64,000 nt of DNA from the human T2T-CHM13v2.0 reference genome, Homo sapiens. The notes beneath the pieces are model-generated. The model saw only the letters and a program-made list of their open reading frames with translations. It was not told the DNA's origin and did no database searches. Of the stretch, positions 35,596 to 49,313 are shown piece by piece. The position numbers were made by a program, and so were the translations under genes. The stretch lies in assembly GCF_009914755.1 (NCBI RefSeq), contig NC_060931.1, one strand, 5' to 3'. Every line of letters begins with the position of its first letter. Within the stretch, counting starts at the first letter, position 1.

Positions 35596-36550
35596 ACTCA
35601 GAGTATTGATAAAATTATCTGCACACCAAGCCACATAACCAGTCTCAAAAAATACTCCAGATAAATATAAGGCAGACCACTACATATGAATAAAATGCAA
35701 TAAAATTCAAATCAAAATAATGAAAAATATTCATATGACAGATTAAAAGATACTACTAAATAATTCATAGATTGAATAAGAAATCATGATGGAAATTGTA
35801 ACAAACTTAGATCTCAATGACAAGAAAAGTTCTATAGGGCAAAATTTGTGGGATGCAGCTAAAGTAGTACCTAAAGGGAAAGTTATGGCCCCAAATGTCC
35901 ATGTTAGCTTAGAAAAAAAGAGGTAGAGTAAAATATTATGAGCAACGTAATCAACTCAAGATAGAAAAATAACAGAGTCATTTCAAAGAAAGTAGGAAGG
36001 AAAGAAACAATAAAAATAAAAAGCATTCTAGTGAAATAGCAAACAAGAGAAATAAGCAAAAATTCCAAATGCTGGTTCTTTGTAAACACACTGAAATAGA
36101 CACACCTCGTCTATGGCGGTACCACCCTGAACGCACCCGATCTCGGCTGAACTAGACACACCTCTGGGCAAGACAATTAAGAAAAGATGAGATGAGACCA
36201 ATAGTGACAATGATAGGATTACAGATTTGAAATTTTTTATCATAGAGAAAATCATAAGTAACTTTTGCCAAAATTTTGAGAACTTAGATGAAATGCACAA
36301 TATTCTAGAAAAATACACATTACAAAAAATGATTCAAGGAGAAAAACTTGCATCATATTATATCCATTAAAGAAAAAAATTATCTATAGAAGGCAGCAGC
36401 CCTAGATGACTTCAAAGAACAAGCAACTTCAGGGAAAAGAAAGAAAACACTCCCTATCTCCTATTATGAGCTGAATATTACCTTAAGTCCAAGGTAGATA
36501 AGGACAGTACAGAAAGGAAAAAGAACAGATTAATCTCATGAGGACAGATT
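35596..36550 (+). mobile_element. Highly degenerate L1 ORF2 fragment hosting the 5S copy
   Basis: tgtgggatgcagctaaag, gctggttcttt, cttagatgaaatg motifs. Confidence 0.7.
36109..36150 (+). pseudogene. 5S rRNA retropseudogene fragment (nt 1-42, tailless)
   Basis: 37/42 match to GTCTACGGCCATACCACCCTGAACGCGCCCGATCTCGTCTGA; flanked by direct repeat ctgaa(a/c)tagacacacctc. Confidence 0.9.
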
Positions 36551-36554
36551 CGCA

Positions 36555-36975
36555 CATGATGGTTAATATTGAGTGTCAACTTTGATTGTATTGAAGGACA
36601 CAAAGTATTAATCCTGGGTGTTTCTGTATGGGTGTTGCCAAAAGAGATTAACATTTGAGTCAGTGGGCTGGGGAAGGCAGACCCACCCTTAATATGGTGG
36701 GCACAATTTAATCAGTTTCCAGTGAATATAAAGCAGGCAGAAAAACATGAAAAGGTGAGACGGGCCTAGCCTCCCACCCTACATCTCTCTCCCATGCTGG
36801 ATGCTTCCTGCCCTCGAACATCGGACTCCAAGTTCTTCAGGTTTGGGACTCATACTGGCTCTCCTTGCTCCTCAGCTTGCAGACAGCTTATTGTGGGACC
36901 TTGTGATCGTGTAAGTTAGTACTTAATAAACTCCCCTATTAGTTCTATCCCTCTAACAGAACCCTGACTAATACA
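36555..36975 (+). mobile_element. MLT2A solo LTR (HERV-L)
   Basis: gatggttaatattgagtgtcaact...accctgactaataca. Confidence 0.9.
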
Positions 36976-39219
36976 CATACCAAGTAAAATATTACACAAC
37001 AAAATCCAAAATATGCAGGAAAAGTTGTACAGAAAAGGGAGAGATGACAGGAAGAGTGGAGGTGTCTTGAGGCCAGAGCTCTCAATGAGGCTGAAAAGCA
37101 GGTTTATGTAGAAGAAGTTTTAAAAAGTAAATGAACTGGAAGAAACATGAAGAAAAATTCATTTTGTCCAGTAATGGCTTTAGTAAGTTTAATAGCCTGA
37201 GGAGTTATTACAAGTAAGAGTGGGCTACTCAACTGGATCAAAGGGAATGGGCTGTTAAGAGTTAAACTAGGTTAATTTTGTGTTGAGAATTTGGGACTTG
37301 TGACTGCGTCAAGTGGGGGTGGGTGCTTGAGCTAATCTGGGGCTACAGCAGGTGATTTGAAAAATTAAAATGCAAAAAGAGCCCAGAGAGGAAGGAGGAA
37401 GGGATAAACAGGTGGAGGAAGACAGACAGACAGGTGGAGGTGAGGAGTGGCCTGATAGTTTCCTAGTTCCTTGTCCTAGGTGGGTTCACTGGTGAATCCT
37501 ACCAAACATTTAAGAAAGGAATAACATCCATTCTCTGCAGTATCTTCATGAAAACAGAAGCAGAGGAAACACTTCCTAACCCATTCTATGAGACTGGCAT
37601 TACCCTGATACCAAAATGAGATAAAGATACTACAAGAAAGGAAAACCACAGAACAATAATTGCCATAAACACAGATGTAAAATCAATAAAATGTTAGCAA
37701 ATCAAATCCAACAATGTATCAAAAGAATTATATGCCATGACCAAGTGGGACTTATTCCAGGTATGGAAGACTGGTTCAACATTCAAAAATCAATTAATGT
37801 AATCCATCATATCAATAGGCTAAAGAAAAAAAAAATCACATGATCTTATCAATAGTTGAAGAAAATCAATTTGACAAAATTGTAACTGATTTATGATTAA
37901 AAACCCTCAGCAAACTAGAAACAGAAGGGAACTTTCTCAACCTAATAAACAATATATACCAAAAAGCCTTCCGCTAAGATCATACTTAATGGTGAGAAGC
38001 TAGATATTCCCCCATTAAGATCTTAATAAGGCAAGGATGTCCCCTCTCACCATTCCTATTCAAGATTATACTGGAAGTCCTAGCTAATACAATAAGAAAA
38101 GGAAATAAAAGATATACAGATTAGGAAGGAGGAAATAAAACTCTCTGTGTACAGGTGACGTGATTATACATGTAGAAGATCCCAAAGAATCAATGAAAAA
38201 CAAAACCCCCTAGGAACTAACAGGTGATTATAGCAAGGTTGTAAGACACAAAGTTAATATATATATAAAATTAATTGCTTTCCTATATACTAGCAAGGAA
38301 CAACTGGAATTTGAAATTCAAAACAATCATGTTTACATTAGCATCAAAAAATTGAAATATAAATCTAACAAAACAGATACACGATATATATATGTAGAAA
38401 ACAAAGTCTGATTAAAAAAAAATCAGGCATATTTCAGTAAATGGCAGGATATTCCATGTTCATGGATTAGAAGACTCAATACAGTTGTCAGTTTTTCCCA
38501 ACTGTGTTTGTAGATTCAGGGCAATCCCAATCAAAATCCTAGAGAGTGATTTTGTAGACATTGACAAACTGATTCTGAGGTTTATATGGAAAGGGAAAGG
38601 ATGTAGAATAGCCAACATAATAGTGAAGAAGAACAAGTTAGAAGAGTGACACTACTCAGCTTCAAAACTTACTATAAAGTTACAGAAATCAAGACTGCAT
38701 GGTATTGGGGAAAGAACAGACACATAGATCAATGCAGTGGAATAGAAAGGCCAGAAATAGATTCACACAAATACAGTCAACTCATCTTTGACAAAGGAGC
38801 AAAGGTAATTTAATGAAGAAATGATAACCTTTTCAACAAATGGTACTTTAACAATTGGATGTCCTCATGCAAGAAAGATAAATCTAGATACAGATCTAAC
38901 TTATCTCTTTCAAAATGGATCACAGACTTAACCATAAAACATAAAACTTCTAGAAAATAGCACGGGAGGAAATCTAGGTGACCTTGAATGTGGCAATGAA
39001 TTTTTAGATACACCATCAAAAGTGGGATCCATGAAAAAAAATTAGTCAGTTGGACTTTATTAAAATTGAAAACATTTGCTCTGAGAAGGGCATAATTAAG
39101 AGAATGAAGAGTCAAACCACAGACTAAGAGAAAATATTTTCAAAATACATATCTGCTAAACAATTTGCATCCAAAATATATAAAGAACTCTTAAACTCGG
39201 CCATAAGAAAATAACCAAC

Positions 39220-39423
39220 TACCAGCCTAGGCAACAAAATGAAACCCTGTCTCAACTAAAAATAAGCCAGGCACAGTGGCATGAACCTGTAGTCCCAGCT
39301 ACTTAGGAGACTGAGGTGGGAGGATCCCCTGAGCCCAGGAATTAGAGGCTGCAGTGAGCCATGACTGTGTCATGGCACTCCAGCCTGGGCGACAGAGAGA
39401 GACCTTGTCTCTTAAAAAAAAAA
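39220..39423 (+). mobile_element. Alu (J-type), partial
   Basis: 5'-truncated. Confidence 0.85.
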
Positions 39424-39424
39424 G

Positions 39425-39710
39425 GGCCGGGCGTGGTGGCTCACAACTGTAATCCCAGCACTTTGGAGGCTGAGGAGGGCGAATCACCTGAGGTCAGGAG
39501 TTCGAGACCAGCCTGGCTAACATGGCGAAGCCCTGTTTCTACTAAAAATACAAAAAATTAGCTGGGTGTGGTGGCAGGCACCTGTAATCCCAGCTACTTG
39601 GGAGGCTGAGGCAGAAGAATCGTTTGAACCCAGTGAGCTGAGATCTCGCCATTGCACTCCAGCTTGGGCAACAAGAGCGAAACTCTGTCTCAAAATATAA
39701 AAAAAAAAAA
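39425..39710 (+). mobile_element. Alu (S-type)
   Basis: Deletion in right arm. Confidence 0.9.
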
Positions 39711-41129
39711 TAAAAATAAACCAACCTAATTAAAAAATGGGCACAAGATCTGAGCAGACACATCATAACACAAAATACACAGATGGCAAATAAGCATATG
39801 AAAAGATGCTCATCATTATTTGTCATCAGGAAATTTCAAATTAAAGCAACAGCGATATGCCACTACAAATCTATTAGAATAGCTAAACCTCAAAAAAAAA
39901 AACAAAAAAAACCTGATATACACCAAATTCTGGCAAGGATGTATAGCAACAGGAACAGCCATTCATCAATGGTGGGAATGCAAAATGGCACAGCTACTTT
40001 GGAAGACAGTTTTTTACAACACTTAACATAATCCTACCATATGATCCAGCAATTGCACTTAGATATTTACCCAACTAATTTGAAAACATATTCACACAAA
40101 AACCTGTGCATTAATGTTTAGAGCAGCTTTGTTCATAATTGTCCCAAACTGGAAGCAACCAAGATGTCCTTCAATAGGTGAATGAATAAACCAACTGTGG
40201 TACATCCACACAATGGGAGTTTTATTTGCCAATAAAAAAAAAAAATGAGCTATCAAGCCAGGAAAATGCACGAAAGAATCTTAAATGCATATTGCTAAGT
40301 GAAAAAAAAAAAAGGTTAAAAAAAAAAAAAGAAAGAAGCCAGTTTGATAAAACTACATAGTATATACTTCCCATTATATGACCTTTGGAAAAGGCACAAC
40401 TATAAATATAGAACCATAATCAGTGGCTGCCAGTAGTTCCAAGTTTGGCAGGAGGGACGAAAAGAGGAAGTGCAGGGGCATTTTTAGGGCAGAAAATTAT
40501 TCTAAGTGATACTGTCATGATAAATGTATGACATTATGCACTTGTCAAAATCTATAGCATTTTATAGCTGAAATGCTGAATCTTAATGTATGCAAATTTT
40601 TTTAAATGCAGAAGTTAGGAGATCCCAGGAAGGAGTGAAGACTGATAAGATAATGGAATTCTATTACAAATGTATGAAATAATCTTGCTGAAGGGCATAG
40701 AGGGGGAAAGACACTGACCTAAGTCATTTTGGAAACGGGTGGAGTCTGCAAGACCAGAGGCAAAAGGAACTGCACATAGCGCTGTGCTCCAGGGTTAACA
40801 ACTCCAGCGCCGCTATATACACTGCAGTCGAATAGTGAAGTAAATGGATGGCTGAGGGTGGGAGCCAGGTCTCTCACTGTTGGGTTGGGAATTTACAGAT
40901 GAGCAAGGGGAGGAGGCTAGAATGATCCATCGGGGGATGGATTAGAGACATCGGTGTGTTCACTTGAATATAGGTATAGACAGAAATATAGAAATGTGGA
41001 TACACACATGTATTTCTCTGCTTTGTCAGCTGAGAGGGCCTAAAAAGACAGCCCAACAATGAGCATACCTTCCCCAGAGCTTGATTTCTAACACCATTCT
41101 CCAATAAACCATGGCTGAGGCAGAAAATA

Positions 41130-41331
41130 CAGATGCTCCTCAACTTACAATGGGGTTATGTTCTGATAAACCCATAATAATTCAAAAACACGTGGCTGAC
41201 TGACAGCTGCAGCTTACTGCCAGTGCCCAGCATGGCAGCATACATACAGTTTCCACTGAATTTGTATCGCTTTCACACTATCATAAAGTCAAAAGACTGT
41301 AAGTTGAACCACTGTAAGTTGGGACCATCTG
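41130..41331 (+). mobile_element. Tigger3a-like TcMar MITE
   Basis: TIRs cagatgctcctcaacttaca / tgtaagttgggaccatctg, preceded by TA. Confidence 0.8.
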
Positions 41332-41380
41332 TGTGTGAGATAATCCTGGAGAATCTTGTAGTGCCAGAAAGAAAGTGCTC

Positions 41381-41383
<3 letters not shown>

Positions 41384-41424
<41 letters not shown>
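41384..41424. repeat. (CA)~20 microsatellite
   Basis: Read directly from sequence. Confidence 0.95.
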
Positions 41425-41426
<2 letters not shown>

Positions 41427-41571
41427 GTTGATGGGGTTATGGCAAAGTAACACAGGAGCCAACTGAAAGAGATCCGAATGGCCAAAGCTGGGACAATTTG
41501 AGCAACAAAAGAAATAAGGTAGTACTGGATTATAACCCTAGGTAAAAAATAAATATTCATGCATTCACACT

Positions 41572-41960
41572 GATATAGACACATAGACAGACAGGCAAGC
41601 AGGCAGACACAGAAAGACAGACAGACAGATGATGGATGGATGGATGGATGGATGGATGGATGGATGGATGGATAGATGGATGGACAGATGGATAGATGAT
41701 AGAAGATGGATGGATGGATAGATGGATGAACAGACAGACAGAGATTAGCTGGACAGATAGACACAGACAGATGATGGACGGACGGATGGATGGATGGATG
41801 GATGGACAGACAGACGACAGACAAACAGATGACAGATGATTGATGGATGGACAGATAGATGATGGATGGATGGATGGATGGATGGATGGATGGACGAATG
41901 GACGGATAGACAGATGATGGATGGATGGATGCACAGAAGGATGGAAAGACAGAGATGGTG
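41572..41960. repeat. Complex (GGAT)n/(GACA)n tetranucleotide array
   Basis: Read directly from sequence. Confidence 0.95.
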
Positions 41961-42719
41961 ATACAGATATATAACTGAATACATTAATAAATGAGGGAGA
42001 AGGGACAAGCCTTCGGTATGGAAGAATTCCAAATAACTTACATAGATACTCTGCCCTCAAGGACGGGGAGCCTAACACTGCGCCCCCTGGATATGGACCA
42101 CACACGGTGATTTCCTCCCAAAGAGCACAGTATGAAAAGCAGGAGCAGAGGCAGTAATTTGACAGTGGAGAAACCTGACAAATACTGCCTCAGTTGGTGG
42201 ATCGAGGTCAGCATTGTTAGTCATAAGCCATGCTGGCAGTAGGTGCGTGTCCTTGACATGATGTGATGAAAACGGCACTTCACCTCAGTGATCTTCCTCC
42301 TAAAAATTCATAACCCAAGTCTCATGAGAAAAACATCAGACAAATTTCAATAATAGGGCATTCCACAAAATCCCTCGAGTACCCCTCAAAGCTATCAAGG
42401 TCATCAAAAATAAGGAAAGTCTGAGAACTGCCACACCAAGAGGAGCCTAAAGAGAACTGACAACTAAATGTAATGGGATCCTAGAACAGAAAAAGGACAT
42501 TAGGTAAAACCTAAGGAAATCTAAATAAACTGTGGACTTCAGTTAACAATCATAAATCAACACTGGCTCACGAATTGTAACACACGTACCACACCAACAT
42601 AAGATGCTAATAGGACAAATCTAGGGTATATGGGAACTCTCTATAATACAGTCTCAATTTTTCTGTAAGTCAAAAACTTCTGTAAAACATAAAGTCTATT
42701 GAAAAAAATAATAATAATT

Positions 42720-43016
<297 letters not shown>

Positions 43017-43466
43017 TTAAAAATTTTACAGGAAGAATGAAGTTTTGAAACACTGCTATGTGGATTCCGCAAGCCATATATATCACTTATCACTCAGCTT
43101 CCACTGGCTGTGACCCGCTGTACTAGGATATTGCCAATATGTGGAGGGAATTTCAGTGTTTCTGCACTAAAATTATCAAAGCTTGTTGGATTCTCATGGT
43201 CTAATTAATTTCTAGACTGATAGGACCAAGGTTACATTTAAGCTGCTAGGCTGAAAGCCCACAAACAGCTGACTGTACCACCTTGTGCCAGCCACCCCCT
43301 CCAAAGCACAGAGGCCCACCCTCCCCTGTAGGCAACTGTGGTCATCTCCTTGTCCCTCTAGCTTAACCCTGAAACTAAAACATGCAGGCTCATTTACCTG
43401 AACGTGAGTGGGATTTGTCTTTCCGCTGCTCAAAGCCAAGGTCATTGAGCTTTCTGCACCCTTCTA

Positions 43467-43503
43467 TTACGTTGGTGCAAAAGTAATTGTGGTCTTTGCC
43501 ATT
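43467..43503. mobile_element. MADE1 (Hsmar1 MITE) half element
   Basis: ta|ttacgttggtgcaaaagtaattgtggtctttgccatt. Confidence 0.8.
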
Positions 43504-43876
43504 GAGTCATACTTACTATCCTAGCCGCTAAGTAGCCTGCCTCTTATCAAATGCAGAAGCTCCACTCTCTAGACTCTGACATTATATCTACATGACAAAA
43601 CTCAGAAGGATATTTAAATAAATCATCCATTTTCAAAAATATTTCACTACAATTAAGAAATGATTTGCATGTGGCATAGAATATGACAATGACAATATCA
43701 CTGCACTGCAAACGACCACGAAGTATTCCAGGTATGAATAGGGTGATACAGATCATAAGACACTCTCCAGAGGCTATATCATGTTGTGAAAATCTTACAA
43801 ATTTAATGCAGGATCTTTAAAGGTCATGTAAATGTAAATATTCAACTGATGTCTGGAATCCCTCTGGAATGTTGTG

Positions 43877-44189
43877 GTTTTTTTTTTGTTTGTTTTGTTT
43901 TTTTTTTTTGAGACAGCGTCTCACTCTGTTGCCCCGGCTAGAGTGCAGTGGCGCAATCTCGGCTCACTGCAATCTCCGCCTCCCTGGTTGAAGCGATTCT
44001 CCTGCCTCAGCCTCCTGAATAGCTGGGACTACAGGCACGTGCCACCACGCCTGGCTAATTTTTGTATTTATAGTAGAGATGGGGTTTCACCATATTGGCC
44101 AGGCTGGTCTCGAACTTCTGACCTCATGATCCGCCCACTTCGGCCTCCCAAAGTGCTGGGATTACAGGTGTGAGCCACCGTGCCTGGCC
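43877..44189 (-). mobile_element. Alu (Sg-type)
   Basis: Full dimer. Confidence 0.95.
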
Positions 44190-44484
44190 ACATCTCTGCT
44201 TTTCAACACTAGTACCCTTAGAGTAAATTGCTAGCCATTTATTAAATGGGATCTGATGAGATCTGATTAGGATTAGGAAAAGATGTTTTCATGTAAGTGT
44301 CAGGAAATTCTTTCCAGTAACACTGCAACAGCAGCCATACAACCTTAACTGGACAACACCTTTCAATTAAATAAAGAAAATGAGTTCACCTGGAAATAAT
44401 CTACCAATATCAAATAGTCCCATCTGGATTGGCATTACTGTTCACTAGGAGATGCGAACCCCAACTCTACAGTGGTATAATGTC

Positions 44485-47290
44485 TGGTTCTGGACAAGAT
44501 GGAGTAGACGTGCCTCTCCCTATTCTGCCTGCTAAGTACAGCTAAAAATAGAGGATATTACATATAAGGCAAGCAAAAAGATTCTCAAAGGTAGAGATAA
44601 GAAGGCACACTGGCTAGGGGCCTTGGGATCTGAGGAACAACATGGTGGTGAGTTTCTTGAGTTTTATTTTTGGCTCAGATATCCTGGACTCGGCTGCAAG
44701 CCAGAAACACCAATGGCTGCAGACAACTATTGGATAAAAAAAAAAAGAGTCCCAAGTAAAGGCTGCTCTCTTAGGACAGCAGGAACAGGGCAGCCTAGGA
44801 AGACAGAAAACTTTTAGACAATAACCAACCTAGGCCATGAGAAAAACGGGCCTCATTCCCATCCGGTCAGCAAACACTGAGTGGGGAACCTAGACTCCCA
44901 CCTTCACCTGGTTATAACGAGGCACCCCTCTTGACTCCTACTACCAGGGCGGTATCAGAGAAGGTGAGTGGGGAATCCTGCCCTCCTCCTCCCCTCCAGC
45001 TGTAATGTCATACAGACTACACAGAAAGCCTGGACTTTCACTCCACCTAGCAGTAACAAGGCACCTCTCCCCCATACACTCGAGTGGTGTCAGAAGAAGC
45101 TTAGTGGAGAACCAGGACTTCTGCCACCACCCAGCAGCAATAAGGCCCCCCCCCCGCCTCCATCCTATAATGTCAGTGGAGTCTAAGGGGGGAACAGTCA
45201 CAAGATGGCTCTCCCTTCTTCATCAGAATGGTATAACAGGAGGCTGACGGGAGCCAGAATTTCTGCCTCTACTTGGCAGTAACAAGGCACCCTTCCTACA
45301 GTAGGTCAATAGAAGCTGAGAGGGGAACTGGACTTTTACCTCTCCCTGGAAGTAAGGAGGTAACACCCTCTCATGCCATCCCCACAGTGCAGTGTCAAAG
45401 GAGGCCGGCTAAGACAGAAGATTTATTAATAAATAAGATCCAGAGTCTCCTAACATAACACCTAAAATGTCTGAGAAACAACTGAAAATCACTTATCACA
45501 CCTAGAAACAGGAAAATCTCAACTTGAATTAGAAAAGACAATCAAAAGATGCCAACGTGGTATGTGTGTTGGAATTATCTGATTAAGATTTTAAAGCAGC
45601 CATCACAAATGTGCTTCAATGGGCTATTAAAAACGGACACAATAAATAGAAAGTTGGCTGGGTGTGGTGGCTCATGCCTGTAATCCCAGGGAGGTGGAGA
45701 TGGGTGGATCACTGGAAGCCAAGAGTTCAAGACCAGCCTGGCCAACATGGAGAAACCCCATCTCTAATAAAAATAAAAAAATTAGCTGGGTGTGGTGGTA
45801 CACGCCTGTAATCCCAGCTACTCAGGAGGCTGAGGCAGGAGAATCACTTGAACTCAGAGATGGAGGTTGCAGTGAGCCAAGATTGTGCCACTGGATTCCA
45901 GCCTGGATGACAGAGTGAGATTCTGTCTCTCAAAAAAAAAAAAAAAAGAAAAGAAGAAGAAAGAAGAAAGAGGAGGAAGAAGAACAAGAACAAGAAGAAA
46001 GAAAAGAGAAGAAGGAAGAGAAGGAGAGAGGGAGGAAGGAAGGAAGGAAGGAGAAATAGTTAAATAGAAATAGGAAAATAATCAAATGGAAATTTTAGAA
46101 CTGAAAAATACAATAACTAAAATAATAAATGGTTCAACAGAATGGAAGAGTAAAAAGACAGAATGAATCAATCTAAAGTTAGGACAAGAGTCTAAAAAAC
46201 AGAGACTAAAAGAGAAACAAACAAAGCCTCAGATACCTGTGGGACCATAACAAAAAAAAAATCTAACATTTGTGTCATCAGAGATCTAAAAAGAGAAGAG
46301 AAATAAGATGAGGCTGAAAAAAGTATCTGGAGAACAACTAGAAATTTCCCCAATTTGTAAAGGGCATATACCTGCAGATTCAGGAAGCTGAGCATGCCTC
46401 CAAAACAACAGACCCAAAGAAATCCAGGCCAAGGCAACCTGTAATCAAACTTCTGAAAACTCAAGACCTGAATATTTTTAAAAATCTTGAAAGCAGGGAG
46501 AGAGAAATGTCTTACCTAAAGGAGAAAAACAATCAAATGACAAAGGATTTTTCATCAGATACCAGAGAAGTCAGAAAGAAAGAAAAGAGCTGTCAATCCA
46601 GAATACTTTACCTACCAAAAATATCCTTCAGGAATGGAGAGGAAACCAAGACAGTGGCAGATGAAGGAAAACTAAGAGGACTGGTTGCTATCACACTGGC
46701 TCTAAGAGAATTGCTAAAGGAAGTTCTTCAAACAGATGGGGAAGATTCCAAAGGAAACTTGGACCATCTGGAAGAAAGAAAGAACAACAGAAGGAGTAAG
46801 AATATGAGTAAATACAATAAACTCTTCTTCTCTTGAGTTTTCTAAGTTACCTTTGATAGTTGAAGCAAAAATTGTAATATGATGCCATGTGATTTTCACT
46901 GTGGGTGCAGGAAACACCTAAGACATTCTAAGCAAGGGAGGGAAAAGAGATTTAAGAGGGGTAAAGTTTCCACATTTCACTCAAACTGCTAACATGTTGA
47001 CACCAGTAGACTGTGATATATTATATATGCATAATGTAATATGTAAATCAACCACTAAAAAGTCTATACGAAGAGATGCACTCAACAACAGTGCAGAGAA
47101 ATAAAAATGGAATTCTAAAATAGATTGGCAGAGTAGACTAAAAAAGTATGACAACTGTATGTTGCCTATAAGAAACTCACTTCGAATATAATGATACACG
47201 CAGGTTGAAGGGCAAAGGACAGAAAAACATATACCATGCAAACACTGATCAAAAGAAAGTCGAAGTGGCTCTATTATTGTCAGATAGAGT
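44485..47290 (+). mobile_element. Old L1M 5'UTR, ORF1 and start of ORF2
   Basis: caagatggagtag start; ORF1 remnant CQSRILYLPKISFRNGEE..DEGKLRGLV. Confidence 0.8.
45656..45947 (+). mobile_element. Alu (S-type) followed by GA-rich tract to ~46055
   Basis: Dimer with small deletion. Confidence 0.9.
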
Positions 47291-47319
47291 AAACTTCTGT
47301 TTATATATCCTTCTTGCAA

Positions 47320-47690
47320 TGAGAAAATTACAGAGATAGAGGAGATTAGCGGTTGCCAGAGGCTAGGGATAGTTGGTATCGGACTACAAAGGAATAGCAT
47401 GAGAAAGATCTTTGTGGTGATAGAACAGTTTTCTATCTGGGTCGTGGTGATGGCTACATAAATCTACACACAAAACGGCACAGAACTAAACACACACATG
47501 TGAGTGCATTTAAAATTGGTGAAATCTGAATAAGGTCTATGGGTTGTACCAACGTCTATTTCCTGATTTTGATAACGTACTATGATCACGTAAGACGTTA
47601 TCACTGGGGGAAACTACATGAAGGGTACCTGAGACCTTTCTGTACCATTTTGCAGCTTCCTGTGAATCTATAATTGTTTTAAAGTAAAGA
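47320..47690 (+). mobile_element. L1M 3'UTR fragment
   Basis: agattagcggttgccag...tgtgaatctataatt. Confidence 0.7.
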
Positions 47691-47814
47691 CTTGGTATTC
47701 AGTTTTCTTTTGTGGCTGTCTTGGTATAACAATAGGAAAGTAGTCCTTCATTCAACATGACTGCAGCAGCTTGCACTCTCTTTCAGAAGTCCCAGGATTA
47801 TTAGTAGAAATTGA

Positions 47815-48195
<381 letters not shown>

Positions 48196-49163
48196 TCACC
48201 TGACCCAGCTCAGGAGCTTGAAGAAAGGGCCAATGGACCAGGCCTGAGAAGTGACTACTTCCTAAGAAATGGTACCATATTTTCATTTCTTTCACTAGAC
48301 ACTAGTATAAGAATAGAGAGGCCATGACTGGAAAATGACAAGATCTGCATACTCCGAGATCAACAACGAAAAGGAAAAGACGCGCCAGAAAACACATAAT
48401 TGGAAGGAATCTAAATGAGCCTTGTTTTACTTTTTGGATGGGTTTCTGTATTATTTCCTCATGGCTGTGGTTCCCAAGCAGTGGGAACAGAGTACTCACT
48501 GGGACACTGAAGGGTATCTTGAATTTTAAAGAGGAGCGCAGTGACACTGGACATCTGTTGGGCATTTCAACAACTGCTAGCTTGAGATAGTTCCCAGTTT
48601 CAACGTTAGGCTGTGTCACACTTCTTTCAATGATGTCATAACAAATAGAACTGCTAGGTATCTCTTGACCTACAGGTCTTGTGAAAAAGCTATTGAGGCA
48701 CTAGAGCACTATGAATGTGCAAGTTGGAAACCTCCACGTTAGGGTATATCTGGTGTTTAAGTAATTAATTTCAAGCATTTTGGATGCTTGACCATCTGTC
48801 TCACTCTGGGCATTCTAAGGACAACTTATAATCTGGACTCCATAATTCGATATCTATATCTTTGCTGGAATTTCTTCCTGACGTCACCGAGTCAACCCAT
48901 TCACTCTCTACCTACATGAAAAATAAATATGCAAGTAACATCATCTCCATGGACGACACCATCACAATCACTCATTTCCCAGGTTAGAGGCCAGGGAGTC
49001 ATGCCTGAACCTGCACACTCGTTAATGGTCCTCATTTAATACTTTGCCAGGTCTACCACTCACCACTCTCATTCATCACAGCCTTTGTCTCAGACCCCCA
49101 TTTCACCCTCAGATTGCTAGACCTGAGGGTGAAACAGTTGCTGGACCTGAGGGTTATAACAGG

Positions 49164-49313
49164 TTTGTTGTTGTTGTTGTTGTTGTTGTTTTAGAAATGG
49201 AGGAGGGTCTCACTCTGTTGTCCAGGCTGAGCTAGAATTCCTGGACTCAAGTGAGTCTCCCGCCTCAGCCTCCCGAGTAGCCAAGACTACAGGCACACAA
49301 CACCACAGCTGGC
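49164..49313 (-). mobile_element. Alu monomer/fragment with (GTT)n tail
   Basis: ctcactctgttgtccaggctg...cctcagcctcccgagtagc. Confidence 0.8.

Larger units (their letters stand above)
37475..42715 (+). mobile_element. L1M (L1MC-like) 3' ORF2 and long 3'UTR with nested Alus, Tigger and simple repeats
   Basis: catgaccaagtggga.ttattccagg, atggcaaataagcatatgaaaagatgctca motifs. Confidence 0.85.

Noticed and set aside
41273-42105. 180-aa HPSI-repeat ORFs
   Set aside because: They are translations of the (GGAT)n array.
44878-45415. CRISPR-like repeat-spacer array
   Set aside because: The DNA is eukaryotic, the units are degenerate and irregular, they sit in an L1 5'UTR, and there are no cas genes.
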